64,000 nt of DNA from contig LFCK01000002.1 in the NCBI GenBank assembly GCA_001189095.1, positions 1,937-65,936 of the forward strand, given 5' to 3'. The position numbers were made by a program, and so were the translations under genes. Source of the DNA: Parcubacteria bacterium C7867-001 (lineage in GTDB: Bacteria; Patescibacteriota; Minisyncoccia; Phycocordibacterales; Phycocordibacteraceae). Shown piece by piece: positions 1 through 9,973 of the stretch. Below the pieces are notes generated by a model that was not told the DNA's origin, ran no database searches, and saw only the letters and a list, made by a program, of their open reading frames with translations. Numbering within the stretch: the stretch's first letter is position 1; the number at the start of each line of letters is the position of its first letter.

Positions 1-180
1 GTTTCACTTCCCGAGGTTCGCGATCTTCCTTGCGGAAGAACAATCCATACGGATTTGGTTTCCCTATTCGGACATTTCCGGATCAAAGGTTACAAGTCAC
101 CTCCCCGAAACATTTCGCAGACTAGTCACGTCCTTCATCGCTGTTGTAAGCCTAGGCATCCACCGTGCGCCCTTAATTGT
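1..180 (-). rRNA. rrl: 23S rRNA, 5' end (runs off the window start)
   Basis: Reverse complement reads AAGGGCGCACGGTGGATGCCTAGGC...GCGATGAAGGACGTG..., the conserved 23S 5' signature; exact mature end approximate. Confidence 0.95.
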
Positions 181-284
181 TTCCTGTGCGGAAACCTGAA
201 CACCACATGTTCATTATGATCTTTTGCAATTCTTCCTCGGCACTAACAAATGCCGAGGTCGATTACCTTTTCTTTTTTCTTGCG

Positions 285-348
285 TATTCAGTTATCAAGG
301 AGCCCGTATCTCTTGAAACGAAAACCGCCCCGAGGGGCGGCTTTCGTG
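285..348 (-). promoter_or_regulatory. boxB-like hairpin followed by boxA-like antitermination signal in the 23S leader
   Basis: Hairpin at 319-348, then GCTCCTTGATAACTGAATA (303-285), resembling the rrn boxA GCTCTTTGAAAACTGAATA. Confidence 0.6.
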
Positions 349-422
349 TTTCCACGATGGGTCAGCGACCCGTTCCGCTCCTTGGTTTAGGTAGACTTCG
401 TAGTGATAGACACGTAGGGAGG

Positions 423-451
423 AGTATATGCGTGTCCCCCTACCCTGTCAA
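423..451 (-). promoter_or_regulatory. sigma70 promoter for the 23S rRNA
   Basis: TTGACA-17 nt-TATACT on the minus strand. Confidence 0.85.
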
Positions 452-541
452 CACCTCGGGGTTTCAGCTGCTTTCTGGGGATACTGGGGACAGAAAAAGC
501 CCGCATTTGCGGGCTTTTTCTGTCGAACAAACGTTCGGAGA

Positions 542-1222
542 TTACTTGATCTCCTCGCGCATCTTGTCGAGGAACTTTGCTGCTGAAGCCTGACCTCCGA
601 GACCGAAGGAAAGACCGAGCGCGAGAGCGACGGCAACCACCACACCCGTGAAGAGGGTCTGGACGAATCCGGTCGCAACCTGAAGCTGGTTGAGGGCCGC
701 AAGGACTGCGAAGATCCAGATTGACCAACGAGCGATAGAGCCGAGGAGGTTTGCTGAACGCATGTTCGCCGTAGCTGCTGCACCTGAGACGACGCGCTGT
801 GCTGCATCCGCGACAACCGCTGCAACAAGAAGAATAAGGACTGCAACGATGACCTGTGGGAGGTAGCCGAGGACTACCGCACGGAGGAAGATCGTTACCT
901 GCGTAAGACCAAGCACATCAAGCGCTGCAACGAGGAAGACCACGATGAAGAACCACTTGACGAGCATGCCGAGGAACGCGCCCGAATTAAGCTTGAAGCC
1001 CGCGCGCTCCATGACTTTCTCAACGCCAGCGGCGCGGAGTGCGGCATCAACGCGAAGCGAGGAGATAACCTGCGCAACAACGCGACCGAGACCAGCGCCA
1101 ATAAGCCAGCCGACGACGAAGATGATAATCGCAACGATGAGATTCGGGATGAAGTCCACGAGACCAAAGAACAAGCTCTGGAATGAGGAATTCAACGTAT
1201 CAGCCCAAGTGGTGAGGAACAT
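542..1222 (-). CDS. TM-helix-repeat membrane protein (CmpX/MscS N-terminal-like)
   Basis: 226 aa, multiple TM helices, 'FIPNLIVAIIIFVVGW' and 'YLPQVIVAVLIL' repeats, C-terminal 'GLSFGLGG'. Confidence 0.75.
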   Translation of the reverse strand: MFLTTWADTLNSSFQSLFFGLVDFIPNLIVAIIIFVVGWLIGAGLGRVVAQVISSLRVDAALRAAGVEKVMERAGFKLNSGAFLGMLVKWFFIVVFLVAALDVLGLTQVTIFLRAVVLGYLPQVIVAVLILLVAAVVADAAQRVVSGAAATANMRSANLLGSIARWSIWIFAVLAALNQLQVATGFVQTLFTGVVVAVALALGLSFGLGGQASAAKFLDKMREEIK

Positions 1223-1363
1223 ACGTAAATTACTTAAGGTAGGTTAACGGAGTAATAGCAGCGCAGTCTGATAGGCAGTTCTGCTATCTATAAGTGTAGC
1301 AAGCGGGGGTAGCGGTTAGAGACCCTCTGTGGATAGGCCATTAGAGGCCAAAATAGCAAGGTT

Positions 1364-1936
1364 TTAGGAGAGCGAGCTCTTCTCGAAGACCGTTCGATGG
1401 GCGTAATCGAACACATCGCGAACAAGGCGGTCATAAACACCGACGCGATAGCGAAAATCCTGACTCGTAAAGGACGCGTAGCGCAATTCCCTGCCGAGCT
1501 CTGCTTCAAGCGCGTGCACTGCGGTCGAAAGGACGCGATCGTCGAGTCGATCACCAATTACGAGTATGTCGACTTTCGGTTCTAGGGCGCCAGTGAAAAC
1601 ACCGGTGAGGGTGATTTGGCGCAGGGTTCCTGCTTTCTTCAGATTCGAGATGATACGCGCATCGCTGATCTCGGTCGTATCGCGCACGAAGCGCTGGAGC
1701 GCGTCATAGACGCCGATGCGTCTGTTGGTCGTGAAGAGTGTACGACTCTGCACCGTACGCTTCTTTAAAACTCCCGCGGAGACGAGAAGCGCAAGCTCTT
1801 TTCGTGCTTGACTGAGCGAAACCTTCGCACGGAAGGCCGCATCTTTAGCGGAAAAAGCAGTGTCATCATTAAAAAGGAAGAGACGGAGAAGCTTCAGTCG
1901 AGCAGCAGAACTAAAGAGTTTCGAAAGGGTTTCCAT
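1364..1936 (-). CDS. winged-HTH plus nucleotidyltransferase-like domain protein
   Basis: METLSKLFSSAARLKLLRLF N-terminal wHTH; 'LTGVFTG...VDILVIGD' MNT-like motif; start moved to ATG 1936. Confidence 0.65.
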   Translation of the reverse strand: METLSKLFSSAARLKLLRLFLFNDDTAFSAKDAAFRAKVSLSQARKELALLVSAGVLKKRTVQSRTLFTTNRRIGVYDALQRFVRDTTEISDARIISNLKKAGTLRQITLTGVFTGALEPKVDILVIGDRLDDRVLSTAVHALEAELGRELRYASFTSQDFRYRVGVYDRLVRDVFDYAHRTVFEKSSLS

Positions 1937-2075
1937 GCAAGTCCGGTCATTGTACGTACTGGGCTCCCCCTTGCGCAAGCCAGAGAAACGAGACGTAAAT
2001 CCCCCTTCTGAAGGTACTTGCAGATTGTTGTTGTATATGTTGTAATACACTCAACCTAACAATTTGGAGGGTTAC

Positions 2076-2402
2076 ATGAAAAAGTTGTTCTTGTGTCTGA
2101 GCGCACTGGTCCTGCTTGCTGCGTGCGATCAAAAGTCCATGGAAAGTGCCTTCGGAAGTCCGAACAAAGAAGTACTCGGCAAGATCGAATCCCAGGAAAC
2201 GGTGACGAGCGACGGCAAAACTCTTTGCCAAGTCCGCTACACCATCCCTGAGGAGAAGGATGCGAGCATCCACACGGGTCTCGTGCTGAAGACAGAGGAT
2301 ACGGAGGGCTTGTTCCTCCGATGCAGCATGCTGAAGCAAGGCGATGTCGTCCACGTCCTTAAGACGCAGGCTTTCATCGCCATCAACTGGCGCAAAAGCT
2401 AA
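2076..2402 (+). CDS. putative lipoprotein
   Basis: MKKLFLCLSALVLLAAC lipobox; GGAGG SD upstream. Confidence 0.7.
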   Translation: MKKLFLCLSALVLLAACDQKSMESAFGSPNKEVLGKIESQETVTSDGKTLCQVRYTIPEEKDASIHTGLVLKTEDTEGLFLRCSMLKQGDVVHVLKTQAFIAINWRKS

Positions 2403-2504
2403 CGCTCGACGCCAAATCCACAACGGGCCGCCCTTCGGGCGGCCCGTTTTTCATACAAACAAAACCCCCGCGAGAGCGGGGGTTTTGCATAGAGGGGGGT
2501 TGGA

Positions 2505-2969
2505 TTACTTAAGGGTAACCTTACCGCCAGCCTCTTCAATCTTCTTCTTGAGTTCGTCAGCTTCCTCCTTCTTCATGCCTGCCTTGAGGACCGATGGAGC
2601 GCCATCAACGGCGTCCTTCGCCTCCTTGAGACCGAGACCGAGAGCTTCCTTAACTACCTTGATCACGGCAATCTTGTTGCCGCCTGCATCAGAGAGTTCA
2701 ACGTCAAACGATGACTTCTCTTCTGCCGCTGCACCGCCGGCTGCAGGACCTGCAACCGCGACTGCTGCTGCGGATACGCCGAACTTCTCTTCGAAGACCT
2801 TCACGAGCTCGGAGAGCTCGAGGACCGTCATCGCTTCGATTTCCTCGACGATTTTCTTAAACTTAGCCGGAACTTCGACTTCTTTCTTTTCTTCTACTGC
2901 AGGCGCTGCCGGAGCTGCAGTTTCTTCAACTGCTGCCGGAGCTGCTGCATCTGCCTGTACTTCGTCCAT
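2505..2969 (-). CDS. rplL: 50S ribosomal protein L7/L12 (Ala/Glu-rich N-terminal extension)
   Basis: [11 protein letters not shown]...KIAVIKVVK...[12 protein letters not shown]. Confidence 0.98.
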   Translation of the reverse strand: MDEVQADAAAPAAVEETAAPAAPAVEEKKEVEVPAKFKKIVEEIEAMTVLELSELVKVFEEKFGVSAAAVAVAGPAAGGAAAEEKSSFDVELSDAGGNKIAVIKVVKEALGLGLKEAKDAVDGAPSVLKAGMKKEEADELKKKIEEAGGKVTLK

Positions 2970-2988
2970 AGTGATTCAATTAAATAAG

Positions 2989-3483
2989 TTACGCTGCCTT
3001 CTTCTTTGCGATTTGGTCGAGAACAATCGCCATGCCCTGAATTGGGCTGTTGATTACGTTCACGAACATACCACGGAGAACTGGAAGCGGAGGAATAGTT
3101 GCGATTGCAGTCATCTTCGCTGCATCGGCGTATACGTTTTCGAACACGCCGCCGACGATACTGAGCGCTCCGTCATGTTTCTTGCCCGTCTCGTAAATGA
3201 GGCGCGCAGGTGCCGTAGCGTCAGTGTTGCTCCATGCAATTGCTATCTCACCGGGGAGCTCGGGAATAGTTCCCGTGTAGCCCTTCTCGGCAAGCGCGCG
3301 CTTGATGAGGCTTTTCTTGGCGACATAGTAGCCCACCTGCTCATCGCGCAAACCCTTACGCATTGCGTACGTGTTCGCAGCCGAAAGGCCGGTGAACTTA
3401 ACGAAAACCACCGAGGCCGCGTCTTTGAGCGACTCGCTGACTTTTCCTACGATGTCTACTTTCTTTGCTTTGGTAATTGCCAT
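2989..3483 (-). CDS. rplJ: 50S ribosomal protein L10
   Basis: MAITKAKK...VAKKSLIKRAL; directly upstream of rplL. Confidence 0.97.
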   Translation of the reverse strand: MAITKAKKVDIVGKVSESLKDAASVVFVKFTGLSAANTYAMRKGLRDEQVGYYVAKKSLIKRALAEKGYTGTIPELPGEIAIAWSNTDATAPARLIYETGKKHDGALSIVGGVFENVYADAAKMTAIATIPPLPVLRGMFVNVINSPIQGMAIVLDQIAKKKAA

Positions 3484-3578
3484 AATTGGTTTTACGTACA
3501 GAAACGAACAAGGTCATCCGTTATGGATGACCGAGGAGACAGTAGAACGAGAACGCGCCGAAACGCTTCCCCGTTCGT

Positions 3579-3630
3579 CCCTCGGCAGGAAATTAAGGCC
3601 TTTCGACCACCCGCTGTCTTCGGTCCGTAC
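3579..3630 (-). promoter_or_regulatory. L10 leader (autogenous control RNA)
   Basis: CCGAAGACAGCGGGTGGTCGAAAGGCCTTAATTTCCTGCCGAGG upstream of rplJ fits the L10-leader pattern. Confidence 0.75.
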
Positions 3631-3672
3631 AGGAGGGACTATACCGAAGCTGGGCCGTTCTTGCAAACGTGG

Positions 3673-4242
3673 CTACACGATTGCCTGAGCAATTGATCCC
3701 ACCACAAAGGCGGCGAGGAAGTTAAATACAAAGGAGAGGAGAATGAACGTGCGCATGCGCATCTTCGTAAACCCTAGGATAGTGATACCAATCTCGTCCG
3801 GGAGCGGCGACGCAATGATGAGACCACCCACCAAAAACGCGAGCCAGCGCAACGACTTGAGCGACATGAGCCGCTTAAAGCGCCGATATGCGCCCTGCTC
3901 AGCAAGGAGTGAGGTGAGATGTTCGGAGAAACGATCGCGTATAAAGCGGAAGATGATGAGATCGCCACAGACCGCACCGAGCGCTGCCCAGAACGCCGTG
4001 AACAAAACCCCCTGCCCTAACGCGAGCTCACCAATGGTCACCGTCGCGGGAGCAACGGTGAGAAGCGACGTGAAAAAGATTCCGGCGATGAACGTACCGA
4101 GTATCGAAAGCTCTTTGGTCTGCTCGAGGAGAAGCGCGAACGAATTATTGCCGATAAGAATTCCGGCAACCACAAGACTTATCGCTATGATGACGAGATC
4201 AAACCAGATCTCCTGATGAGCTTTGGCTAGGCGTCGTCTCAT
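3673..4242 (-). CDS. DedA/SNARE-associated-like membrane protein
   Basis: TM helices, 'AALGAVCGDLIIFRFIR', 'ASPLPDEIG'. Confidence 0.6.
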   Translation of the reverse strand: MRRRLAKAHQEIWFDLVIIAISLVVAGILIGNNSFALLLEQTKELSILGTFIAGIFFTSLLTVAPATVTIGELALGQGVLFTAFWAALGAVCGDLIIFRFIRDRFSEHLTSLLAEQGAYRRFKRLMSLKSLRWLAFLVGGLIIASPLPDEIGITILGFTKMRMRTFILLSFVFNFLAAFVVGSIAQAIV

Positions 4243-4252
4243 GAGAAGCGGA

Positions 4253-4357
4253 TTACCACGGAACACCGACTGAAGTAAAACGAAGCACGAGAAGCGCAAC
4301 CGCGAGAATGAGCGCAAACCCTGACGCGAATTTCATAAACTCGAAGAAGTAGCGCAT
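4253..4357 (-). CDS. small single-TM protein (34 aa, not in the ORF track)
   Basis: MRYFFEFMKFASGFALILAVALLVLRFTSVGVPW*, preceded by a -10-like TAGGGT 6 nt from the ATG. Confidence 0.55.
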   Translation of the reverse strand: MRYFFEFMKFASGFALILAVALLVLRFTSVGVPW

Positions 4358-4375
4358 ACGTTTACCCTAGTATAA

Positions 4376-4408
4376 ACGAAAAACCGCCCCGTAGGGCGGT
4401 TTTTCGTT
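4376..4408. terminator. bidirectional intrinsic terminator after the S-layer-like gene
   Basis: AACGAAAAACCGCCC-CGTA-GGGCGGTTTTTCGTT. Confidence 0.8.
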
Positions 4409-4447
4409 TCCTAACTTACGTTAGGGACCTACACATTAATCCGTAGA

Positions 4448-6367
4448 TTAACGCTTCGTGACGAAGACGAGGTCGCTCTTGAACGAGTCAAGATTCGACG
4501 TGTAGTAGGTGGTGCTGAGCGTGCTCGACGGACCGTAGTTGATACCAACGAGGGTAACACCAACGTTTCCAGCGGTCGGCGTACCAGTGGTGGTAGCGAT
4601 GAACGTGGAAGTGAAGGTGAACGTACGGCTCGTGTTTGCCGAGACCTTGTACGCAGTACCAGCAACGTCGCCGTTGATGGTGTCTGCGGCCGTGACTGCA
4701 GAGCCCTGCGGTTCACCCGTAGCGCCCTGAGTCGAGCCAGTCGACGTAGCGTAGTTCACACCGCCTGCCGAAGCTGACGGAGTGGTCGAGACAGAAGCCA
4801 CCTTGGTGGTTGCTGCACCGATGAAGACGTCCGTGTCACTTGCAGTGACTGTGAACGGCATCGTGAAGGTAACGACGTCGCCCGCACCTGCGAGACCTGC
4901 CGTAACCGTCTTCGAGAACGTACCCTTCGTAACCGAAACGCCGGTTGCGGTAAGGGTCTGGGTGTAACCGAGGACTGCCGACGACGGAGTAACCGAAGCG
5001 CCGTTGTCATCCGAGACATCCCAACCATACGTCGTGGTCGACGCGATGAGCGTCGTTCCGTCTGCGTATGCGCTGTCGCCCTTGAGGTCAACAACAACAT
5101 CGAGCGTAACGGTTTCGTCAGCATCGATATCGAGGTCAACACCATCGAAGGTCGTGGTACCGAAGGTACCAGTTGAAACGGTCTTCGACTTGAGGACGGT
5201 CGAACCGTTCATAAGCTTCACAGTCGAGATAACATCGTTAAGATTGTTATCCGAAGTGCCGAGCTGGACCGGGAGGTCCGTCACGGTGACGGTCTGATTC
5301 TTCGCCTTGAGTTTGAGCGAGAGGATCTTCACGCCAGTCGTGGTCGAGCTCGAAACAGCAACCTGGCTTGCGCGAGGAGAGCTGTCCGAGAGGCTCGAGG
5401 TAAGCGTACCAGCCGTGCTTGCCGAGACGGTGAAGTCCTGGGTGATAGCAGTGCTGACGTAGGTGTCCGAGATACCATCTGCACCGGCAGCGCGGAGGCT
5501 GTCAACGAGAAGTTTCGCGGTAACCGTCTTACCATCTTCGTTCGTGCCGATCGAAGCGACCGGGGTAACTTCGACGTAGATGTTGCCCGTCTGACCATTC
5601 TTCACGACCGTGTTGAGGTTCGAGAAGCGGAAGGTCCACGTGCGTCCATCCTTGTCGCCGTCCGAAGCATCCATCGAGGCAACTTTCTTGCCATCGATGT
5701 AGAGGCTGACCGTATCGACGTACTTGTCGAGGTTCGAGCTCTGGCTTGAAACGTTTGCGACCACGAAGGTTGCATCAACGCGCTGAATCATGACATCGCC
5801 ATCCGTAGCATCTCCAGAGACGCCGACGACTTTCGTCACTGCATCGCCCTCATCGAGGTCGGTGGTGACATCGCCGAGCGAGGTGATACCGGTGAGGCGG
5901 CCATTGCCAGTGAGGCCGGTGGTCGTACCAGGAGTGCTGGTCGTGCCGCCTGCCATAGCATTGACTGCTGCGCGGGTCTTCGGACCGAAGTAGCCAGCTG
6001 CCGGCGCAATGCCGTTAGCTGCCTGGAAAGCTGCGACTGCTGCCTGGGTCTGAGAACCAAAGTAGCCAGTTGCGCCTGCCGGGATCGAGAAGCCCTTGCT
6101 GATAAGCCAGTTCTGAAGACCGGTTACGTCAGTTCCCTTTGAACCGATAGTAAGGTCTGAATTGAACATGGTGCTTCCTGTTGAGTTGGAACCACCAGCC
6201 TGCGCCTGAAGGGCTGCAATCTGCGCCATAAGAGCGCTGATCTGTGCCTGAATATCAGTCGAGGTAGCTGCCTTCGCCGGAACGTAGGCAAACGACATCG
6301 CAACGAGACCGAAACCGGCCACTACCGCTGCGATTTTCGCGACTGTATTTGTGTTTGCATTAGACAT
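4448..6367 (-). CDS. secreted S-layer-like protein with a peptidoglycan-binding domain
   Basis: Signal peptide, coiled coil, PG_binding_1 motif (LTIGSKGTDVTGLQNWL...GYFGSQTQAAVAAFQ), Thr/Ser/Val-rich beta body. Confidence 0.8.
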   Translation of the reverse strand: MSNANTNTVAKIAAVVAGFGLVAMSFAYVPAKAATSTDIQAQISALMAQIAALQAQAGGSNSTGSTMFNSDLTIGSKGTDVTGLQNWLISKGFSIPAGATGYFGSQTQAAVAAFQAANGIAPAAGYFGPKTRAAVNAMAGGTTSTPGTTTGLTGNGRLTGITSLGDVTTDLDEGDAVTKVVGVSGDATDGDVMIQRVDATFVVANVSSQSSNLDKYVDTVSLYIDGKKVASMDASDGDKDGRTWTFRFSNLNTVVKNGQTGNIYVEVTPVASIGTNEDGKTVTAKLLVDSLRAAGADGISDTYVSTAITQDFTVSASTAGTLTSSLSDSSPRASQVAVSSSTTTGVKILSLKLKAKNQTVTVTDLPVQLGTSDNNLNDVISTVKLMNGSTVLKSKTVSTGTFGTTTFDGVDLDIDADETVTLDVVVDLKGDSAYADGTTLIASTTTYGWDVSDDNGASVTPSSAVLGYTQTLTATGVSVTKGTFSKTVTAGLAGAGDVVTFTMPFTVTASDTDVFIGAATTKVASVSTTPSASAGGVNYATSTGSTQGATGEPQGSAVTAADTINGDVAGTAYKVSANTSRTFTFTSTFIATTTGTPTAGNVGVTLVGINYGPSSTLSTTYYTSNLDSFKSDLVFVTKR

Positions 6368-6900
6368 AATAACGTTTTTGTAAGTTTAGGATGCGTGCGA
6401 CGCGGCGGTGCTAATAATGTGTCGCGCCGCGCGCATCTTGCATTCTTTGTAATTGGTGAGTACGGACGCGCGTGGCGCCCAGTACTCGTTCGCACATTCC
6501 TTGACTACCCGACGAGGAGCATTATCGACACGCTTCTCATCGGCTAGCTGGTAAAGTGGGTTCTTTCATTCTGAAGCACATCCGTAGCTGGGAGAATCAT
6601 CCGTTCTGGTCCCGCCTTATACGCTGACGGGCAAGCGGGCGTAGGATTACGCCTTGAACAATCAATTCCCTATTCGTTTTTCAACGAACAATCCTTACGG
6701 AAGCGCCCCAGAGGCGCAAGGTACAGTATCGCCTGCGCCCTAGGGTTTTCCTCGTTTTTTCATGTGGATAACAACACAACTTAGGTACGAAAAAGAGACC
6801 GTCTCCGGTCTTTTTTCATGCATGAGTTATGCCCATACCACCCCTCCACCCTACCCCAATTATGAAGAAAGGTCAATTCAGTCCGAGCCCAAACGAGGGG

Positions 6901-7674
6901 TTAGGAAATCGAGTATTGCGTCCAACGTCGATCCCCGCTTCGGGTAACCACCCCCTCAACCACAAGTGCTTGGAGTTCGCGCTGGATAGTCTTTTCGCTT
7001 ACATCCCGAATGACGGTCGAGATATCCTTTATATAGGAAGGGCTCTTTGTACGAAGGACAGAGAGGATTGCGTCCCTCCTCCCCTGCTGATTGTCCTTTA
7101 TGTCTTTTATCTGGACCTTGTGACCTGCCTCTTGGACAACCACTGGTTCTGGGACAGAAGTCGAAGCGACTCTTGCTTTCGGTTCGTAGCGCGGCTGAAC
7201 TGATGCGCGAGCCAGAGCTGCGAGCGTTGGAGCTTCCCCGAGACTCACCCGCGGCATTTCGTACGAAGCTGCTTCTTGCAGAAGAACATGCGCCTCCTCA
7301 GAAATAAGGTCTGCATTCATAGGAGAAAGTATGCCCGCACTTCTCGCTATTGAAAGAATGCTCGAAAGTGCGAGCAATTCCTTTGAAAGCGATTCAAGAG
7401 AAAACGCGACTCCACCAATGGTCGCATCGATAAGAGCGACTGATACGCGGTCGACGCGATCTCTCAAGGACGGATGGTCCCTGAATGCTGGCGTCACGAG
7501 CGTAAGAGCTTTTGAAAGGCGCTCGGCTTTCTTGTAGATATATATCCTTTGAATGTCTTTATTAAATACGTTGTTGAATATCGATTTTTCTAGGACGAAC
7601 GAGTCTGAATCAGCACCCTTGATTCGTGATTTATACTTCTCTATGTCCTTTATGTGTCCCTTGTTGGTATCCAT
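6901..7674 (-). CDS. helical-bundle protein with C-terminal DeoR-type HTH
   Basis: C-terminus 'RRDAILSVL...IKDISTVIRDVSEKTIQRELQALVVEGVV...GDRRW'. Confidence 0.7.
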   Translation of the reverse strand: MDTNKGHIKDIEKYKSRIKGADSDSFVLEKSIFNNVFNKDIQRIYIYKKAERLSKALTLVTPAFRDHPSLRDRVDRVSVALIDATIGGVAFSLESLSKELLALSSILSIARSAGILSPMNADLISEEAHVLLQEAASYEMPRVSLGEAPTLAALARASVQPRYEPKARVASTSVPEPVVVQEAGHKVQIKDIKDNQQGRRDAILSVLRTKSPSYIKDISTVIRDVSEKTIQRELQALVVEGVVTRSGDRRWTQYSIS

Positions 7675-7810
7675 TGTCCTTAATGTCGTACAGGGATTAT
7701 ACGTCCTTGAAATAGAGCGAGCAAATTATCCTGCTGCCCTATAGAAATCCGTGGCGCTAAGAGAGCGCTACGGCGACTGGGGACAAGGGTGATGGTGGTA
7801 AAATACCTTG

Positions 7811-9970
7811 ATGAAGCGCAGCAAAAAGCGTGCGGAAACCGATTACGGACCGCTCATAAAATGGGTATCGGTCATTCTCCTTATAGCGTCGGGACTCATC
7901 CTTGGTGTTGCGGCGCTCGGCATAACAAATACTGGCGATGGCCAAGGATTCCTTGTAAACGAGGTCTTCGGATTCACTCGTACCCTCTTCGGTGTGGGTG
8001 CCTACCTCGTGCCGATTCTGGTCATCCTCCTTGGCCTTGGCATCGCACTGAAACGCACCTTCATCGGAGCACTTGCCGGCATTGGCATCGCCCTCATTGT
8101 GCTCGGCACCCTCGCGCTCCTTGGCATGTTCTCCGAACCGCTTGGCGGAATGCTCGGCACCTTTATTGGTGGACTTGCCAAAGACTTCCTTACGGTTTGG
8201 GGCGCAGCCATACTCCTGCTCGCGCTCATTGCGGTAGGCGTACTCATTGCGGCTGATGTGCCTGCCATTATTGCCGGCATACTGTCCTTTATACAAATGC
8301 TTCGCGCTCGGATTAATGGTGTCACACTTCCTGAGATCTCACTCAATCGAAATAAAGGAGACGAGTCTGCAGAAGACTCTGAGTCCGAACAACCTTACGA
8401 CGAACCGGTCCACACACCTTCAGCGGAACCTACGGTGACCGTTTTCAATCAGAATCAAACGAAGGGCAAGGCGCCGATGATTCCGAACTTCGATGCTGAA
8501 TACGACCCGCCGCCCGTTTCCCTTCTGAGCGAAGATAAAGGTAAACCGGGAGTCGGTGACATTAAGGCGAACGCAAATATCATCAAACGCACCTTCCAGA
8601 ATTTCGGTATCTCCGTCGAAATGGATGAGGTGTCTGTCGGCCCAACCGTCACCCGCTACGCAATAAAGCCGGCCGAAGGTGTTCGCCTCTCAAAAGTGGT
8701 GAGCCTCCAGAGTAATCTTGAGCTTGCCCTTGCCGCGCACCCCGTCCGCCTCGAAGCACCGATTCCGGGTAAGTCACTCGTCGGCATCGAAGTTCCAAAC
8801 GCAACAAAAGCGACCGTCGGTCTTGGCGGGGTGCTTTCAGCGCCAGAATGGGGCTCTTCCCAGAAGCCGCTCCTTGCTGCCGTCGGCCGCGACATCACCG
8901 GTACGCCGCACTATGTGAATATCGCCAAGATGCCGCACGGACTCGTTGCCGGCGCGACCGGTTCCGGTAAGTCAGTTGCCATACACGCACTCATCACCTC
9001 ACTCCTCTACCGCAATGGCCCGAACCAGCTTCGCTTCATCATGATTGATCCGAAGCGCGTCGAGCTCACGCTCTATAACGGTATTCCCCACCTCCTCACG
9101 CCAGTCATCACCGATCCGAGAAAATCAATTCTTGCGCTCAAGTGGGCAGCAAAAGAAATGGATCGCCGATACGGCATCCTCGAACAGGAGCAAGTGCGCG
9201 ACATTGAGTCATATCACAATTCGGTACTCGAGCCGGCTCGCAAGAAGAAGCAGACCGATCTTCCTGAAGCGATGCCCTACATCGTCATTGTGGTGGACGA
9301 ACTTGCCGATATCATGCAGACCTATCCGCGCGAACTCGAAGCCGCTATCGTTCGCCTTGCTCAGATGTCACGCGCCGTTGGTATTCACCTCATCCTTTCG
9401 ACCCAGCGTCCATCGGTAAACGTTATCACCGGCCTTATTAAGGCAAACGTCCCGACGCGCATGGCGCTTCAGGTTGCTTCCCAAATCGATTCGAGAACCA
9501 TTATCGACGGCGGCGGCGCAGAATTACTTCTTGGCGCCGGCGACATGCTCTATCTTTCCGCTGATATGCAGAAGCCGATACGTCTTCAGACCGCATACAT
9601 CGCCGAGACAGAAGTGAAAAAAATCGTGAGCTATATCAAGCAGAACAACGCCGGCTCACTCGATGCGCTTGACCTCGGAAATGGTGCGAATGGTACCGGT
9701 AACGAGCCAAACGATGCGCTCATGCTGCAAGACGAGGATGTCGATGACGATCTCTATGAGGCAGCTAAGGCGGCCGTCGAAGAAGCTGGAAAGGCCTCCA
9801 CCTCCTATCTGCAGCGCAAACTGCGTGTCGGATACGGTCGTGCCGCACGCCTTATCGACCTCCTCCACGAAAAAGGTGTTGTTGGCCCAGCCGATGGAGC
9901 TCGTCCTCGTGAAGTCTTAAGCCGTGCGGGAGCGGCTCCTTCGTCAGACGCGTCCGACGAGGTCTTCTAG
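7811..9970 (+). CDS. ftsK: DNA translocase FtsK/SpoIIIE
   Basis: N-terminal TMs, GATGSGKS Walker A, MIDPKRVEL, gamma domain 'STSYLQRKLRVGYGRAARLID'. Confidence 0.97.
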   Translation: MKRSKKRAETDYGPLIKWVSVILLIASGLILGVAALGITNTGDGQGFLVNEVFGFTRTLFGVGAYLVPILVILLGLGIALKRTFIGALAGIGIALIVLGTLALLGMFSEPLGGMLGTFIGGLAKDFLTVWGAAILLLALIAVGVLIAADVPAIIAGILSFIQMLRARINGVTLPEISLNRNKGDESAEDSESEQPYDEPVHTPSAEPTVTVFNQNQTKGKAPMIPNFDAEYDPPPVSLLSEDKGKPGVGDIKANANIIKRTFQNFGISVEMDEVSVGPTVTRYAIKPAEGVRLSKVVSLQSNLELALAAHPVRLEAPIPGKSLVGIEVPNATKATVGLGGVLSAPEWGSSQKPLLAAVGRDITGTPHYVNIAKMPHGLVAGATGSGKSVAIHALITSLLYRNGPNQLRFIMIDPKRVELTLYNGIPHLLTPVITDPRKSILALKWAAKEMDRRYGILEQEQVRDIESYHNSVLEPARKKKQTDLPEAMPYIVIVVDELADIMQTYPRELEAAIVRLAQMSRAVGIHLILSTQRPSVNVITGLIKANVPTRMALQVASQIDSRTIIDGGGAELLLGAGDMLYLSADMQKPIRLQTAYIAETEVKKIVSYIKQNNAGSLDALDLGNGANGTGNEPNDALMLQDEDVDDDLYEAAKAAVEEAGKASTSYLQRKLRVGYGRAARLIDLLHEKGVVGPADGARPREVLSRAGAAPSSDASDEVF

Positions 9971-9973
9971 CCC

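Noticed and set aside
2344-3696. 450-aa ORF on the + strand
   Set aside because: Antisense shadow of rplL/rplJ; no recognisable motifs
6763-6771. Perfect DnaA box (TGTGGATAA), with a near-match at 1328
   Set aside because: Isolated boxes with no cluster, DUE or dnaA; not enough to call oriC
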